From: an uncultured Actinomycetes bacterium
GTDB taxonomy: Bacteria > Actinomycetota > UBA4738 > HRBIN12
NCBI GenBank assembly: GCA_963816425.1
Contig: CAWFKP010000005.1
Location: 23,693 to 87,692 of the forward strand
DNA length: 64,000 nucleotides
Direction: 5' to 3'
Shown: positions 19,125-28,719 of the stretch, piece by piece
Numbering within the stretch: the stretch's first letter is position 1
How the letters are laid out: each line of letters begins with the position of its first letter
Position numbers and translations under genes: made by a program
The notes under the pieces: generated by a model
Told to the model about the DNA's origin: nothing
What the model saw: only the letters and a program-made list of their open reading frames with translations
Database searches by the model: none

Positions 19125-19423
19125 GTCGTCGCCACCGGATGATCGTCGGGCCGCCGGAGTCAGGCCGGTAAACAACGATATCTCCGCTGCTCAGAGGCCC
19201 CTTCGAGGCCATGCAGCCTCCATCGCGGACGCACACTCGTCTCGAAACCTCGCAGGCCGATGATGTGAGTCACGCGGCACCGCGCGAGTGTCGCGGTGAA
19301 GTATTGGGTACTGCCCACCGCGGGAGTCTCTCACCGAGACGACGGCTCATGCGAGGCCGGCGGCCGCCGACGCTCCCGCTAGAATCGCCGTGAGCCGAAG
19401 CCGTTCGACGAGAAGCGGAGTCC

Positions 19424-20488
19424 ATGAGACGCTCGGAACCCTCTGCCGATGAGGAGCGAGGCCCGGAGGTTGTGCCGCGAGGGGACGCGCGCGGTCATGG
19501 GACGAGTCCCTTCGAACTGACGGCGTCCCGAGCGGACGTCAGGAAGCGTCAGAAGGTGCTCTTCATCATGGGGATGACGCGGAGCGGCAGCACGGTGCTG
19601 GACAACGTTCTCGGCGAGATCGAAGGCTTCTTCTCCGCTGGAGAGGTCCGCCTCATTTGGAAGCGCGGCGTACGCGAGAGCCGCAGCTGCGGGTGTGGTC
19701 TGCCGGTGTTGGACTGCCCCGTCTGGCGGGAGGTCCTGGCCGACGCCTACGGGAACGACGTTCGTCGGACGCTTGACGCGAAAGCAGACGCCGCGCTCCG
19801 AACCCAGCGCACTGCGGTTCGCATCAGGCATACATGGGGGCTCTTGAGGCGTAACCCGAAAGCGCTGCCTCCCGAGCGCCTGAGGGAGTACGTCTCGACG
19901 GTGGCTCCCCTGTATCGATCGATCGGGGCAATGACGGGCGCCAGCGTCATCATCGACTCGTCGAAGCGACCGCCGGACGCCGCCTTGCTTCGGCTCGTTC
20001 CCGGGCTCGACGTATACGTCGTTCACCTTGTTCGAGACCCGAGAGCAGTCGCGTACTCGTGGCGTCGGACGAAGGAGCAACCGGATCCCAACGGACCAGC
20101 GAGCCTCTCGACGAACGGGACGGTTCACAGCACCACCCGATGGATATATAGAAACGTTGCCGCCGAAGCGGTGATTCGGACGCTTCCGTCAGATCGCGTC
20201 TTCCAGCTGCGCTATGAGAGCTTCGTCGCGCATCCCGGAGCGACCGTGCGATCGATGATGCGCTTCCTAGAGGAAGAGGGACCAGGTCCAGTGTTTCGCG
20301 ATGAGCGCAGCGTGGAACTCCGAACGAATCACACCGTATCGGGGAACCCGAGTCGCTTCAGGATCGGTGCAGTTCGACTCACGGACGACGGAGAATGGAA
20401 GGTGCGCCAACGCAAACGGCATCGCATCGTCGCCACGGCTGTGACGCTCCCTCTCCTGCGTCGATATGGGTATCCGGTGCGTCCATAG
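19424..20488 (+). CDS. sulfotransferase-family protein
   Basis: 354-aa ORF (a later in-frame ATG at 19497 is possible). It has a PAPS 5'-phosphosulfate-binding type loop (FIMGMTRSGSTVLDNVL) and a 3'-phosphate-binding type HLVRDPRAVAYSW. Confidence 0.7.
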   Translation: MRRSEPSADEERGPEVVPRGDARGHGTSPFELTASRADVRKRQKVLFIMGMTRSGSTVLDNVLGEIEGFFSAGEVRLIWKRGVRESRSCGCGLPVLDCPVWREVLADAYGNDVRRTLDAKADAALRTQRTAVRIRHTWGLLRRNPKALPPERLREYVSTVAPLYRSIGAMTGASVIIDSSKRPPDAALLRLVPGLDVYVVHLVRDPRAVAYSWRRTKEQPDPNGPASLSTNGTVHSTTRWIYRNVAAEAVIRTLPSDRVFQLRYESFVAHPGATVRSMMRFLEEEGPGPVFRDERSVELRTNHTVSGNPSRFRIGAVRLTDDGEWKVRQRKRHRIVATAVTLPLLRRYGYPVRP

Positions 20489-20497
20489 GATACGCCG

Positions 20498-22024
20498 GTG
20501 GATGACGCACCCAGAACCGGCGTCGCCCCTGAGGTGGGTACTGCAGGCATCGTCGGCATCGCGCGCGGCGGTAGCCTCAACCTCGCGGGGGCGGCCTTCA
20601 ATCAGGTCCTTCGGTTCGGCATCGTCCTCCTGCTCGCGCGCTTCCTCGGGGAATATCAGACCGGTTTGTACTTCCAAGCCTTCGCGATCCTCTCCCTCTT
20701 GGGCATACTCGCGTCGTTCGGCTTCACCCAATCGCTCACGCGGTTCGTGGCGCTCTATCGGGCGGATGAGGATGGCGCGGCCGTGCGGGGTGTGGTGCGG
20801 CTCGCGCTGCTCACCGCCGCGGGAATCGCAACACTCATGGGTGCGGCGTTGTTCGCGGGAAGCTCCTATGTCGCGACGGAGATCTTCCACGATGCTCAGC
20901 TGGCCTTGCTCCTGCGATTCGTCGCTGTCGCGCTTCCCTCAACCGTGTATACGGATTGCGCGCTCGCTGCAACGCAGGGCTTCAAGACGATGCGACCGTA
21001 CGCGCGCATCAACCTCTTCTTCGAGCCGGCGCTGAACGTCCTTCTCACCGTGGTTCTATTGGCCGTTGGCCTCGGTCTGGACGGCGCTGTCGCGGCGCTG
21101 ACGATCACGAATGTGACCGCGTCCATCTTGGCGGCGATCGCCCTCCGCAGGCTTGTCAGAAGGTATAAGCAGCGGCCCCGCTACGAGGCGGGTCGGCTCT
21201 TCTCCTTCTCGGTCGTCAGCTGGGGGTCGCAGCTCACGGCCACGGGGTTGCTGTGGGCCGACACGATCCTCCTCGGCATCATATTGACGCCCGCCGCCGT
21301 TGGTCTGTATCAGGTTGCCACACGCCTGACCGTCGTGATGACGACCGTGATCGCTCCGATCGGCCTTGCGTTCGCGCCCCGCGTGGCCGACCTTTACCGG
21401 CGGGGCGAGCTCGATGCGCTCCGACATGCATACGCGGTGGTGACGAGCTGGATCTTCCGCCTCGCGCTTCCGGCCGCGGTGGTACTCATCGTGTTCGCTC
21501 GCCCGCTCCTCGGGTTGTTCGGGCCCGCGTTCGAAAGTGGCGTCACGGTAACCATCGTTCTCACAGTCGGGCAACTCGTGAACGCGGTCACGGGACCTTG
21601 TGGGCTCATGCTCGTGATGTCGGGACGCCCCGGTATCCAGTTGCTGGGCAACGCGGCAACGCTCGTGCTCAACCTCGCGCTGAATCTCTATCTCATCCCC
21701 CGACACGGTGTGACGGGAGCAGCGATCGCCTGGGCTGTTTCGATGGTCTTCATCAACGTGGTGCGGGTCGTCGCGGTTGCCGTCACGATGCACATGCTCC
21801 CGCTGCATGAGGGATTGTGGAAAGGTGCCCTCGCCGCGGGCCCGGCACTGGCGACCGGGCTGGCCGCTCGCCACTTCCTGAGCGGGCCGTTCGCCCTCTT
21901 CCTCGGTATCGCGCTCACCATGGTCGCGTACGCCCTCGCCCTCTTCCTCATCGGGATCGGGGCCGAGGACCGACTGGTGCTCGCCTCGCTGAGAACGCGA
22001 GCGCGAGCCGGCGCGAGGGCTTGA
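20498..22024 (+). CDS. MOP-superfamily polysaccharide flippase (Wzx-like), copy 1
   Basis: 508-aa polytopic membrane ORF. It is a paralogue of 25082..26650 (for example RFVAVALPSTVYTDCALAATQGFKTMRPYARINLFFEP versus RFVAVALPATAYTDAALAATQGFKTMKPYASINLFFEP). Confidence 0.75.
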   Translation: MDDAPRTGVAPEVGTAGIVGIARGGSLNLAGAAFNQVLRFGIVLLLARFLGEYQTGLYFQAFAILSLLGILASFGFTQSLTRFVALYRADEDGAAVRGVVRLALLTAAGIATLMGAALFAGSSYVATEIFHDAQLALLLRFVAVALPSTVYTDCALAATQGFKTMRPYARINLFFEPALNVLLTVVLLAVGLGLDGAVAALTITNVTASILAAIALRRLVRRYKQRPRYEAGRLFSFSVVSWGSQLTATGLLWADTILLGIILTPAAVGLYQVATRLTVVMTTVIAPIGLAFAPRVADLYRRGELDALRHAYAVVTSWIFRLALPAAVVLIVFARPLLGLFGPAFESGVTVTIVLTVGQLVNAVTGPCGLMLVMSGRPGIQLLGNAATLVLNLALNLYLIPRHGVTGAAIAWAVSMVFINVVRVVAVAVTMHMLPLHEGLWKGALAAGPALATGLAARHFLSGPFALFLGIALTMVAYALALFLIGIGAEDRLVLASLRTRARAGARA

Positions 22025-22083
22025 GTGCAGCCCCAGAACCTCGTTTCGGCGAGGTCCTCAGGCCGTGGGAATGGAAGTCGCGA

Positions 22084-23310
22084 TCACCACGAGTGATAGC
22101 CGCCTTGCACGAATTCCCAGTCGTCCCAAGTCAACGTCTCAAGAGAGTCCTTGTTGACTCCCATCGCACTCCAGTCAGCTCGTTGGAGACGGATCGTCGC
22201 GGCACGGGAAGATCCTCCGTCGGTGATCATGCATCCGTACTCCTGGAGGCTACGGGCGATCACCAAGGCTCCGGCGGAGAGTCCCTTCGCGGCAAGGTCG
22301 ACGGACGGCCGGATCCGGAGAACGACTCCCTCGGGGATGCCGCCGGCGTTTCCGCCATCCGACCCGGTCATGGGCCAGACCGACGATACCCCCACGAGCT
22401 TCGGTGGGAGGAAGCATTCCGTTCGATGGGCGATCGCACCGGCTTCGACTTCGTCCAGCCGTGGAGCTTTCTCAACCATCGTCGCCCCTCGGTGTCCCGA
22501 GTTCCCCGTCTGCCCGCCCAGGTCCTCATGGAGCCCGTTGGACGACAGGAAGTATCGATCCACTCCCGTCGCGGTCCAGTGTCCAGCCGAGTAGGTCGCG
22601 CCGAACAGGCCGACACCCTGATCCGTCGAGCGGTCGATCACCGTCATCTTCGGGTTCGGAGCCCCCGAGCCTTCCGCTTCGGTGGGTATGTGCACCGTCA
22701 CGGTCGGCCCCTGTTTCGGATCGATGGTGAAGACGGGATCGGCGTCCCCGGAGAAGTACACCGGCTGCGCTTGAGACGTGGAGCCCGACGCGCCGGTCAG
22801 CTTCAACCAACCCTCACCTGTCGTCGCGGCGGAGAGGGCGGCGATCCATCTGCCCGATGCGGCATCGACGGGAGTTGTTGCAGGCATCGGGAGGTTCCAC
22901 CATGACGAGTCCGTGAATGCCCGGTAGACATTCAACGATGCGCTCGGCGCAGCATCCGACGCCACCCGATAGGTCCGTGTGATCCGACGCCTGTGGCCGC
23001 GATCGTCAACCACCGTGATGCGCAGCTCGTGCGTGCCTTGATCGACGAGCGGAAGCACGAGCCTCCAGCGAACGTGCGGTCGAACGCATCGACAATGTGC
23101 CCGCATCGGAGTGCCGCCGTCGATGGACACCATCACTCTCCGGACGCCCCGGTTGTCCGACGCTCGGCCCCGGACCACCGTCCCCTGAGTCAGATCTTGG
23201 TGCACCCGGGTGATCGACACGCGCGGTCGCCGCGATAACGACAGAGCGGCTACTGACGCGAAGGAGCCGGCGACCAGTGCCGCCGCAACGAGCCAGGCCA
23301 ACTTCCTCAT
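22084..23310 (-). CDS. secreted protein of unknown function (signal peptide, Ig-like N-terminal module, about 270-aa C-terminal domain)
   Basis: 408-aa ORF. It has the leader MRKLAWLVAAALVAGSFASVAA and an N-terminal module with ...VMVSIDGG...HELRITVVDDRG (Big-like). I recognise no catalytic motif in the rest. Confidence 0.5.
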   Translation of the reverse strand: MRKLAWLVAAALVAGSFASVAALSLSRRPRVSITRVHQDLTQGTVVRGRASDNRGVRRVMVSIDGGTPMRAHCRCVRPHVRWRLVLPLVDQGTHELRITVVDDRGHRRRITRTYRVASDAAPSASLNVYRAFTDSSWWNLPMPATTPVDAASGRWIAALSAATTGEGWLKLTGASGSTSQAQPVYFSGDADPVFTIDPKQGPTVTVHIPTEAEGSGAPNPKMTVIDRSTDQGVGLFGATYSAGHWTATGVDRYFLSSNGLHEDLGGQTGNSGHRGATMVEKAPRLDEVEAGAIAHRTECFLPPKLVGVSSVWPMTGSDGGNAGGIPEGVVLRIRPSVDLAAKGLSAGALVIARSLQEYGCMITDGGSSRAATIRLQRADWSAMGVNKDSLETLTWDDWEFVQGGYHSW

Positions 23311-23438
23311 GTGAGATCCCCCTCAGATCGCCGTCGGCTTGTCGAGGATCGGCCATCCCCTGGTTTGTTTCGGCGCGTGGAGCTTCACGCTTGAGTGCGT
23401 ACTTGCAGTGGTCCGCTGGCGGACGAGGAGTGCTACTC

Positions 23439-23483
23439 GGCGTATGGCGAGGGGGCGTATGGCGAAGGGGCGCATGGGCGGGG
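23439..23483. repeat. 15-bp tandem repeat x3 (GGCGTATGGCGAGGG / GGCGTATGGCGAAGG / GGCGCATGGGCGGGG) in a divergent intergenic region
   Basis: Read directly from the sequence at 23439-23483. Confidence 0.8.
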
Positions 23484-23859
23484 GGGTTGGAGGTTGCCCC
23501 AAGGAGATCGCTCCCTGGGCGTCCAATCGTGCCCAGCATGGTACTCCGCCGCGGGGCGAGACGACCTCCCACGGCGATCCGAGTGGCGGGGACTGGCCCC
23601 CACCGTGGGACCGCGTCACACAGGCGGACGCGGCGGGATGGGCTGGACCCTCCAGCGCCGCCATGGAGCGCCCCGGGGGAGCACGGTCGCATCCAGGATT
23701 GGACCTCGGCGATTGTTTCGGCTTGGGTCGTCGAGCGCGAGTGGACCCTCGTGGCTCTGGCTACCCTGCGCCAGAGTGCCCCTTGTAAACTCTTCCTCCA
23801 CCGCAACCGGATCGCGAGCGCGTGCCGCGGATGCGCGACGAGTAGGGGAAGGTCCAGCC

Positions 23860-24984
23860 GTGGATGATGTCCAACCGCCGCAGGATCAGATCGATCATAG
23901 CCTTCATGGGCTCGTGACGATCCGGATGATCTCGGCTCCAGCGCCGATCAGAGAGATGGTGAGACGCCGCCTAGGGCCGTCGACGGAGGCGTCTGACGAG
24001 CCCGACATCTCGGTTTCCTTCACCGACCGCCTGCCTACGGCTGGTCCGTTGCGTTTCCTCGGTCTGAACGAAGCTGCGTACGACGACGAGTTCTTCTATC
24101 TCCTCGATCGGATAGGAAATCGGATCCAGATCGATCTGGCGACGCTGGGAGAACGCTGCAACGTCGTCTGCGAGCGGGGTGTTACGTCCTTGCCGTTCCT
24201 CGTACCGATCGTGGGTCTCCGGTTGCTGCGCAAGGGCTATGTACTGTTGCATTCCTCTTCTTTCGTGTATGAAGGCAAGGGGATCCTGGTGGCTGGTTGG
24301 CAGAAGGGCGGCAAGACCGAGATGGCTCTCGCCTTCATGGCCGCGGGTGCCGAGTTCGTGGGGAACGAATGGACCATCGTCTCGAAGGAGGCGGGACGAC
24401 TCTATGGCGTCGGTGGGGTCCTTCAGGTCTGGGATTGGCAGGTTCGCGACCTTCCCCAGTACTGGCGCCGTCTGCCAACGGGCGATCGGCGACGACTCAC
24501 GCTTCTGCGCTCGTATCAACGGTTGTACAACGCGCTTCCTCAACGAGGAGCGCCTCAGCATGTTGTGGGTAGGACGCTGCATCAGCTCAGCCTCGAGGGA
24601 GGCGTGTCATGGCTTCGTCAAGCACGCGTCTCACCCGAGCGTCTCTTTCGAGACTCACTTTGGGAGGGCCCGGCGCCGCTCGATCGCATCTTCCTGGCCA
24701 CGGTCCGCGCAGGTGGCGTGGCTGTGCTCCCTGCTGATCCCCAGATGATCGCGCAGCGCATGGTTGCGTCCCAGGCGTACGAGCGTCGACAGCTCCTTGC
24801 CGCCTATGATCATTATCGATTCGCGTTCCCAGAACGATCGAACGACTTGCTGGAGAGGGCGTATGACAACGAGCGCTCGTTGCTCTCCGAAGCCTTCGCC
24901 GACAAGGCTGCTTACGAGATCGTCCATCCTTACCCGGTTCCCTTGGAGGATCTCCATCGTGCCGCCGTGTCGTTCTGTCGCTAG
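23860..24984 (+). CDS. HPr-kinase-related (HprK C-terminal-domain-like) P-loop serine-kinase-like protein
   Basis: It lies in the frame of ORF 23395..24984. HSSSFVYEGKGILVAGWQKGGKTEMALAF resembles the HprK Walker-A/GKSE.AL motif. The start is uncertain: a GTG at 23860 follows GGGGAAGG, and ATGs lie at 23926 and 23956. The upstream 155 codons look non-coding. Confidence 0.55.
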   Translation: MDDVQPPQDQIDHSLHGLVTIRMISAPAPIREMVRRRLGPSTEASDEPDISVSFTDRLPTAGPLRFLGLNEAAYDDEFFYLLDRIGNRIQIDLATLGERCNVVCERGVTSLPFLVPIVGLRLLRKGYVLLHSSSFVYEGKGILVAGWQKGGKTEMALAFMAAGAEFVGNEWTIVSKEAGRLYGVGGVLQVWDWQVRDLPQYWRRLPTGDRRRLTLLRSYQRLYNALPQRGAPQHVVGRTLHQLSLEGGVSWLRQARVSPERLFRDSLWEGPAPLDRIFLATVRAGGVAVLPADPQMIAQRMVASQAYERRQLLAAYDHYRFAFPERSNDLLERAYDNERSLLSEAFADKAAYEIVHPYPVPLEDLHRAAVSFCR

Positions 24985-25081
24985 GGATCCCTGACGGCGC
25001 CCGCCCTTGGCGGTGGCTGTGGGATCGAACCCCGGCACGGACGGCGGAGACTCAGGATTCTGAAGAGGGAGGTGGCGCTCC

Positions 25082-26650
25082 ATGGGTGAAGGAAAGGAGC
25101 CTGAAGCGTCCGAACCCGAAGGGTCCGAGGAAGGCGACGCACCGGTAGCCAACGACGCTGAACACCAGTCGCTCGTTCTGGGCATGGCGCGGCAGGGCAG
25201 TCTCAACTTCGCAGGGGCGATCTTCAATCAGTCTTTACGCTTCGGTCTCACCTTCCTCGTCGCCTCACTGCTGGGGGCTACCACCGCGGGGTTGTACTTT
25301 CAGTCATATGCGTTTCTGGCGTTCCTCAGCGTGGTCGCCTCAGGCGCATTCACGGATACCCTCACGCGCTTCGTCGCCGTTCACAGAGCAGATGGCGATG
25401 ACGCAGGGCTCCGAGGGACGATTCGATTAGGTCTCGTCACAACGACAGCAGTGGCGACGGTGATCGGTCTCGCCCTGTACTGGTGGGCGCCTGCCCTGGC
25501 TATGGGCCCGTTCCACGATCCGCGCCTCAGCCCATTCCTCCGTTTCGTTGCCGTGGCGCTCCCGGCGACCGCGTATACGGACGCCGCCCTGGCCGCCACG
25601 CAGGGTTTCAAGACCATGAAGCCGTATGCATCCATCAATCTCTTCTTCGAGCCTGCTTGCCGCATCGTTCTGACCGTCGTCTTGCTCTTGGCCGGCTGGG
25701 GCCTGGTCGGACTTATGGTCGCGCTGCTGATAACCAATTGCGTTTCGGCGGTGCTTGCCTCGATCGCGCTGAGGAGGTTGATGGGCCGGCCCCATGTGTC
25801 GCCTCGGTACGAAGTCAAAGAGATCTTCTCTTTCTCGGTTCCTAGCTGGCTATCCAATCTTGCAAGCAACGGACTGCTGTGGGCCGACATCATCATCTTG
25901 AGCATCTACGCTTCGTCAGCCGAGGTGGCGATCTACCAGGTCGCAACCCGCCTCACGTTGCTCGCAACCGTGTTCATCCAACCCGTGACCAACTCGTTCG
26001 CCCCGAGGATCGCCGACTTCTGGCGGCGGAAGCGGTTCGACTTGATGAAGAAGACCTTCAAGCTCATCACCAGCTGGGTCGTGCGCCTCTCCCTACCTTC
26101 CTTCGTCGTCCTTCTGATCTTTCCCCGACAGCTCCTGGGGCTCTTTGGCCCTGAGTACGAGGCCGGCGTCACGGTCACGAGGATCATGACGGTCGCTTGG
26201 CTCCTCAACGCTGCCAGCGGGCCCTGCGGCTACGTGCTGACGATGTCAGGCCGGCCGAAAGTGCAGATGGGTAATTACAGTGCGGCCCTCATCCTCAACG
26301 TCGCCTTGAACATCGTGCTGATCCCGCGCTTCGGGATCACGGGAGCGGCGACAGCGTGGGCGACCACGATCCTCATGTTGACGGTCACACGCGTCCTACA
26401 GGTATGGGTCTTCGCGAGGATGCTTCCGTTCAGTCGAGATCTGTTGAAGGGGTTCTACGCGGCCATCGTGGCTGGTGTCGGCGGCCTTGCGACCAGCGAA
26501 CTCATCGATGGCGAGTTGCGTTCGCTCTTCGTCGGCGTCGTCGTGGTTGGCATCACCTACGTGTTCTGCATCCGGGTCCTAGGCCTCGAGGAAGATGATC
26601 GTCTGGTACTCGATGCTCTGCGCCAACGGTTCCGGATCGGTCACGCTTGA
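25082..26650 (+). CDS. MOP-superfamily polysaccharide flippase (Wzx-like), copy 2
   Basis: 522-aa polytopic membrane ORF with an acidic N-terminal tail. It is clearly paralogous to 20498..22024 along its whole length. Confidence 0.75.
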   Translation: MGEGKEPEASEPEGSEEGDAPVANDAEHQSLVLGMARQGSLNFAGAIFNQSLRFGLTFLVASLLGATTAGLYFQSYAFLAFLSVVASGAFTDTLTRFVAVHRADGDDAGLRGTIRLGLVTTTAVATVIGLALYWWAPALAMGPFHDPRLSPFLRFVAVALPATAYTDAALAATQGFKTMKPYASINLFFEPACRIVLTVVLLLAGWGLVGLMVALLITNCVSAVLASIALRRLMGRPHVSPRYEVKEIFSFSVPSWLSNLASNGLLWADIIILSIYASSAEVAIYQVATRLTLLATVFIQPVTNSFAPRIADFWRRKRFDLMKKTFKLITSWVVRLSLPSFVVLLIFPRQLLGLFGPEYEAGVTVTRIMTVAWLLNAASGPCGYVLTMSGRPKVQMGNYSAALILNVALNIVLIPRFGITGAATAWATTILMLTVTRVLQVWVFARMLPFSRDLLKGFYAAIVAGVGGLATSELIDGELRSLFVGVVVVGITYVFCIRVLGLEEDDRLVLDALRQRFRIGHA

Positions 26651-26660
26651 ATGTGCGCGG

Positions 26661-28337
26661 CTACCAAGGCGGGTCCAAGATGCTTCGACGTGCACGCACC
26701 GCATCATGGTGGAAGGTGCCTTCGTCGTCGTATGACCAGCGCGGAAACTGGTTGTTCCACAACCGCATCAAGTGGGGTCGATCTTGATCGGGATGCTCCG
26801 CGACGAACTCCGCCAGTTCGAGGTCCCGTTCACTGATAGGTCGGAACCGACCAGCCGCGAGGCGATCTCGAACGAGACTGTAGTGCTTCATCACGTCGGA
26901 TGCGGTCACGGCTGGGTCGACTTCCAGCACGATCCGGGTCGTGCAGCTCAACGGGATGCCGCCGACGGTCTGTGATCGGATCGCATCAACCATCGGGGGG
27001 AGACCGGTGAGAACGAAGGTACTTGCCTGGCATCGTTGCCATCCGTAGACGTGTGTGAGCATCGAGCTCAAAGAACATAGGGTGTCCAGCACGCCCCCCT
27101 CGATGGTGGGTTGGCGTAGCGGCCACGGGTCGACTCCCAGGTATTCGAGGGTAACGGCGTGCCTCCTCTCACCGTCGCTCACCTCATCCTTCGCCGCCTG
27201 CTTCGACACCCAGTCAGTCACCTCGTCCAGCCTGAGCAACCGGTTCGTGAGTTCGCGCTCCCGGAAGGCCACGACGTCTGGTTCGGTCGCCGCCTCGCCC
27301 GCCACGAGGAGAGACATCACTTCCTGTCGATCGTGCCGAGCGTTGGGGACGAAGGACGTAGGAGCGGTCGGTCTCTGGCCCCGCTCGCCGTCTGCTCGAG
27401 CCTTCCTCGATCTGTGCGTCAGGAGGCGAAGTTGCCTGCCGAACACTTCGGCTCGAGCTCTGATCCGCGCCGTGGTTCGCGGCCTGTCCGTCGTCCGCTC
27501 GTATCCCAGCTGCGTGAGCAGGTCGCCGGCGAGCACATCGAAGAGGGCCACGTCCTTCTCGGGCATCTGACCCCTCCAGTCGCGCAATCCTTTGGTCGGA
27601 GGCAGGACGAGGTGGCGACGACTCCATGCGCTGGGAGACGTGATGGTCTCGGACCGTTCGAAGTAGCGAAGCATGTCCGGGTCGAAGGGAAGATCGATGA
27701 ATCCACAAAGCGACGTGACCGCGGCCTCGGGATCGTCCAAGAGTTCCTCATACCGGATCTCTTGATATCGGCTGGGGCCTAGTCGATGTCCGGCATCGCG
27801 CCCGGCCGTCACGTGCGCCTTCCACAACTGCGCCGCCCCGCCGATGCTTCGTGGACCGAAGTCGACGTCTAGCATCGAGAGCGCGACATCGCGTCCATCC
27901 CGGATGACATGGATGAATCTCGATTCCGGAAACAGGTCGGCAAGCAGCGAGACGTGTAGCACGTAGCTGGGCGTCTTATCGCCGTAGCGCGTCTTCCCGT
28001 TCCTGCGAGCGTAGAGTGCGAACACCGTCCGGATCGCTTCCGCGAGATCCGTCGGTGGATGGTGGTCGAACGCGATCTGTACATCGTCTTTCGACAGGCG
28101 CCAGCGGCGGAATCGTCTCTGCTCGAACAGATCGTTCAAGAAAAGACTCGCGGCGAAGCCATCGGATCCATCGTAGCGGGCACGCATACGCGCCAGGACC
28201 GATACGAAATTGGATTCATCCGGCACGGCCATGTCGGGATGAGCGTTAAAGATCGCACGGACCAGTGTGGTACCTGACCGGCCGGCTCCCACGAAGAATG
28301 GGAAGACGAATGGCTCATCATTCCGGCGATCAGGCAT
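26661..28337 (-). CDS. sulfotransferase domain (N-terminal ~300 aa) joined in frame to a ~240-aa domain of unknown function
   Basis: 558-aa ORF. It has FFVGAGRSGTTLVRAIF (5'-PSB type) and HVIRDGRDVALS (3'-PB type). After a Pro/Arg-rich linker, the C-terminal part (MSLLVAGEAATEPD...WNNQFPRWSYDDEGTFHHDAVRARRSILDPPW) matches nothing I recognise. Confidence 0.6.
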   Translation of the reverse strand: MPDRRNDEPFVFPFFVGAGRSGTTLVRAIFNAHPDMAVPDESNFVSVLARMRARYDGSDGFAASLFLNDLFEQRRFRRWRLSKDDVQIAFDHHPPTDLAEAIRTVFALYARRNGKTRYGDKTPSYVLHVSLLADLFPESRFIHVIRDGRDVALSMLDVDFGPRSIGGAAQLWKAHVTAGRDAGHRLGPSRYQEIRYEELLDDPEAAVTSLCGFIDLPFDPDMLRYFERSETITSPSAWSRRHLVLPPTKGLRDWRGQMPEKDVALFDVLAGDLLTQLGYERTTDRPRTTARIRARAEVFGRQLRLLTHRSRKARADGERGQRPTAPTSFVPNARHDRQEVMSLLVAGEAATEPDVVAFRERELTNRLLRLDEVTDWVSKQAAKDEVSDGERRHAVTLEYLGVDPWPLRQPTIEGGVLDTLCSLSSMLTHVYGWQRCQASTFVLTGLPPMVDAIRSQTVGGIPLSCTTRIVLEVDPAVTASDVMKHYSLVRDRLAAGRFRPISERDLELAEFVAEHPDQDRPHLMRLWNNQFPRWSYDDEGTFHHDAVRARRSILDPPW

Positions 28338-28719
28338 AGGGGACTCCGAGCTAGGCCGGTGAACGCTGCCGCGAGCGGGACGTATCCTGCATCCCTGCCG
28401 CGCCGGTTGTCGCGATCAGGAACATCGCGGGTCGCGCAGCCAGAACCCCAGCCCGAAGAGTCCGGTTGTGGGCAAGCACGTCGTGCCTCCTTGGTGAGGG
28501 GTCCGGGGACCAGAGGGTTTGTATGTCTGCCTAGCGCACAACAACGGGCGTTGAGCTACGAGTCTACCGGCGCAACTGCGCCGTCTGCAAGAGCGGTTGG
28601 ATCGCTTCTCCTCCGTCTCTCGTTGAGGCTCCGGCCATCGATCCGACCGCGATCGCGCTGGACTCGTCGGAGGGCGCAGTACCCATCGCGATCGAGTGGC
28701 GGACCTGAGAAGGTGAGGC

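Noticed and set aside
23339-23859. ORFs 23339..23788 and the first 155 codons of 23395..24984 as a RiPP precursor or leader for the HprK-like kinase
   Set aside because: There is no RBS-plus-start arrangement, the translation is Gly/Arg/Pro-rich, and no lasso cyclase, protease or other RiPP maturation genes are nearby. The tandem repeat explains the odd MARGRMAKGRMGGG peptide.
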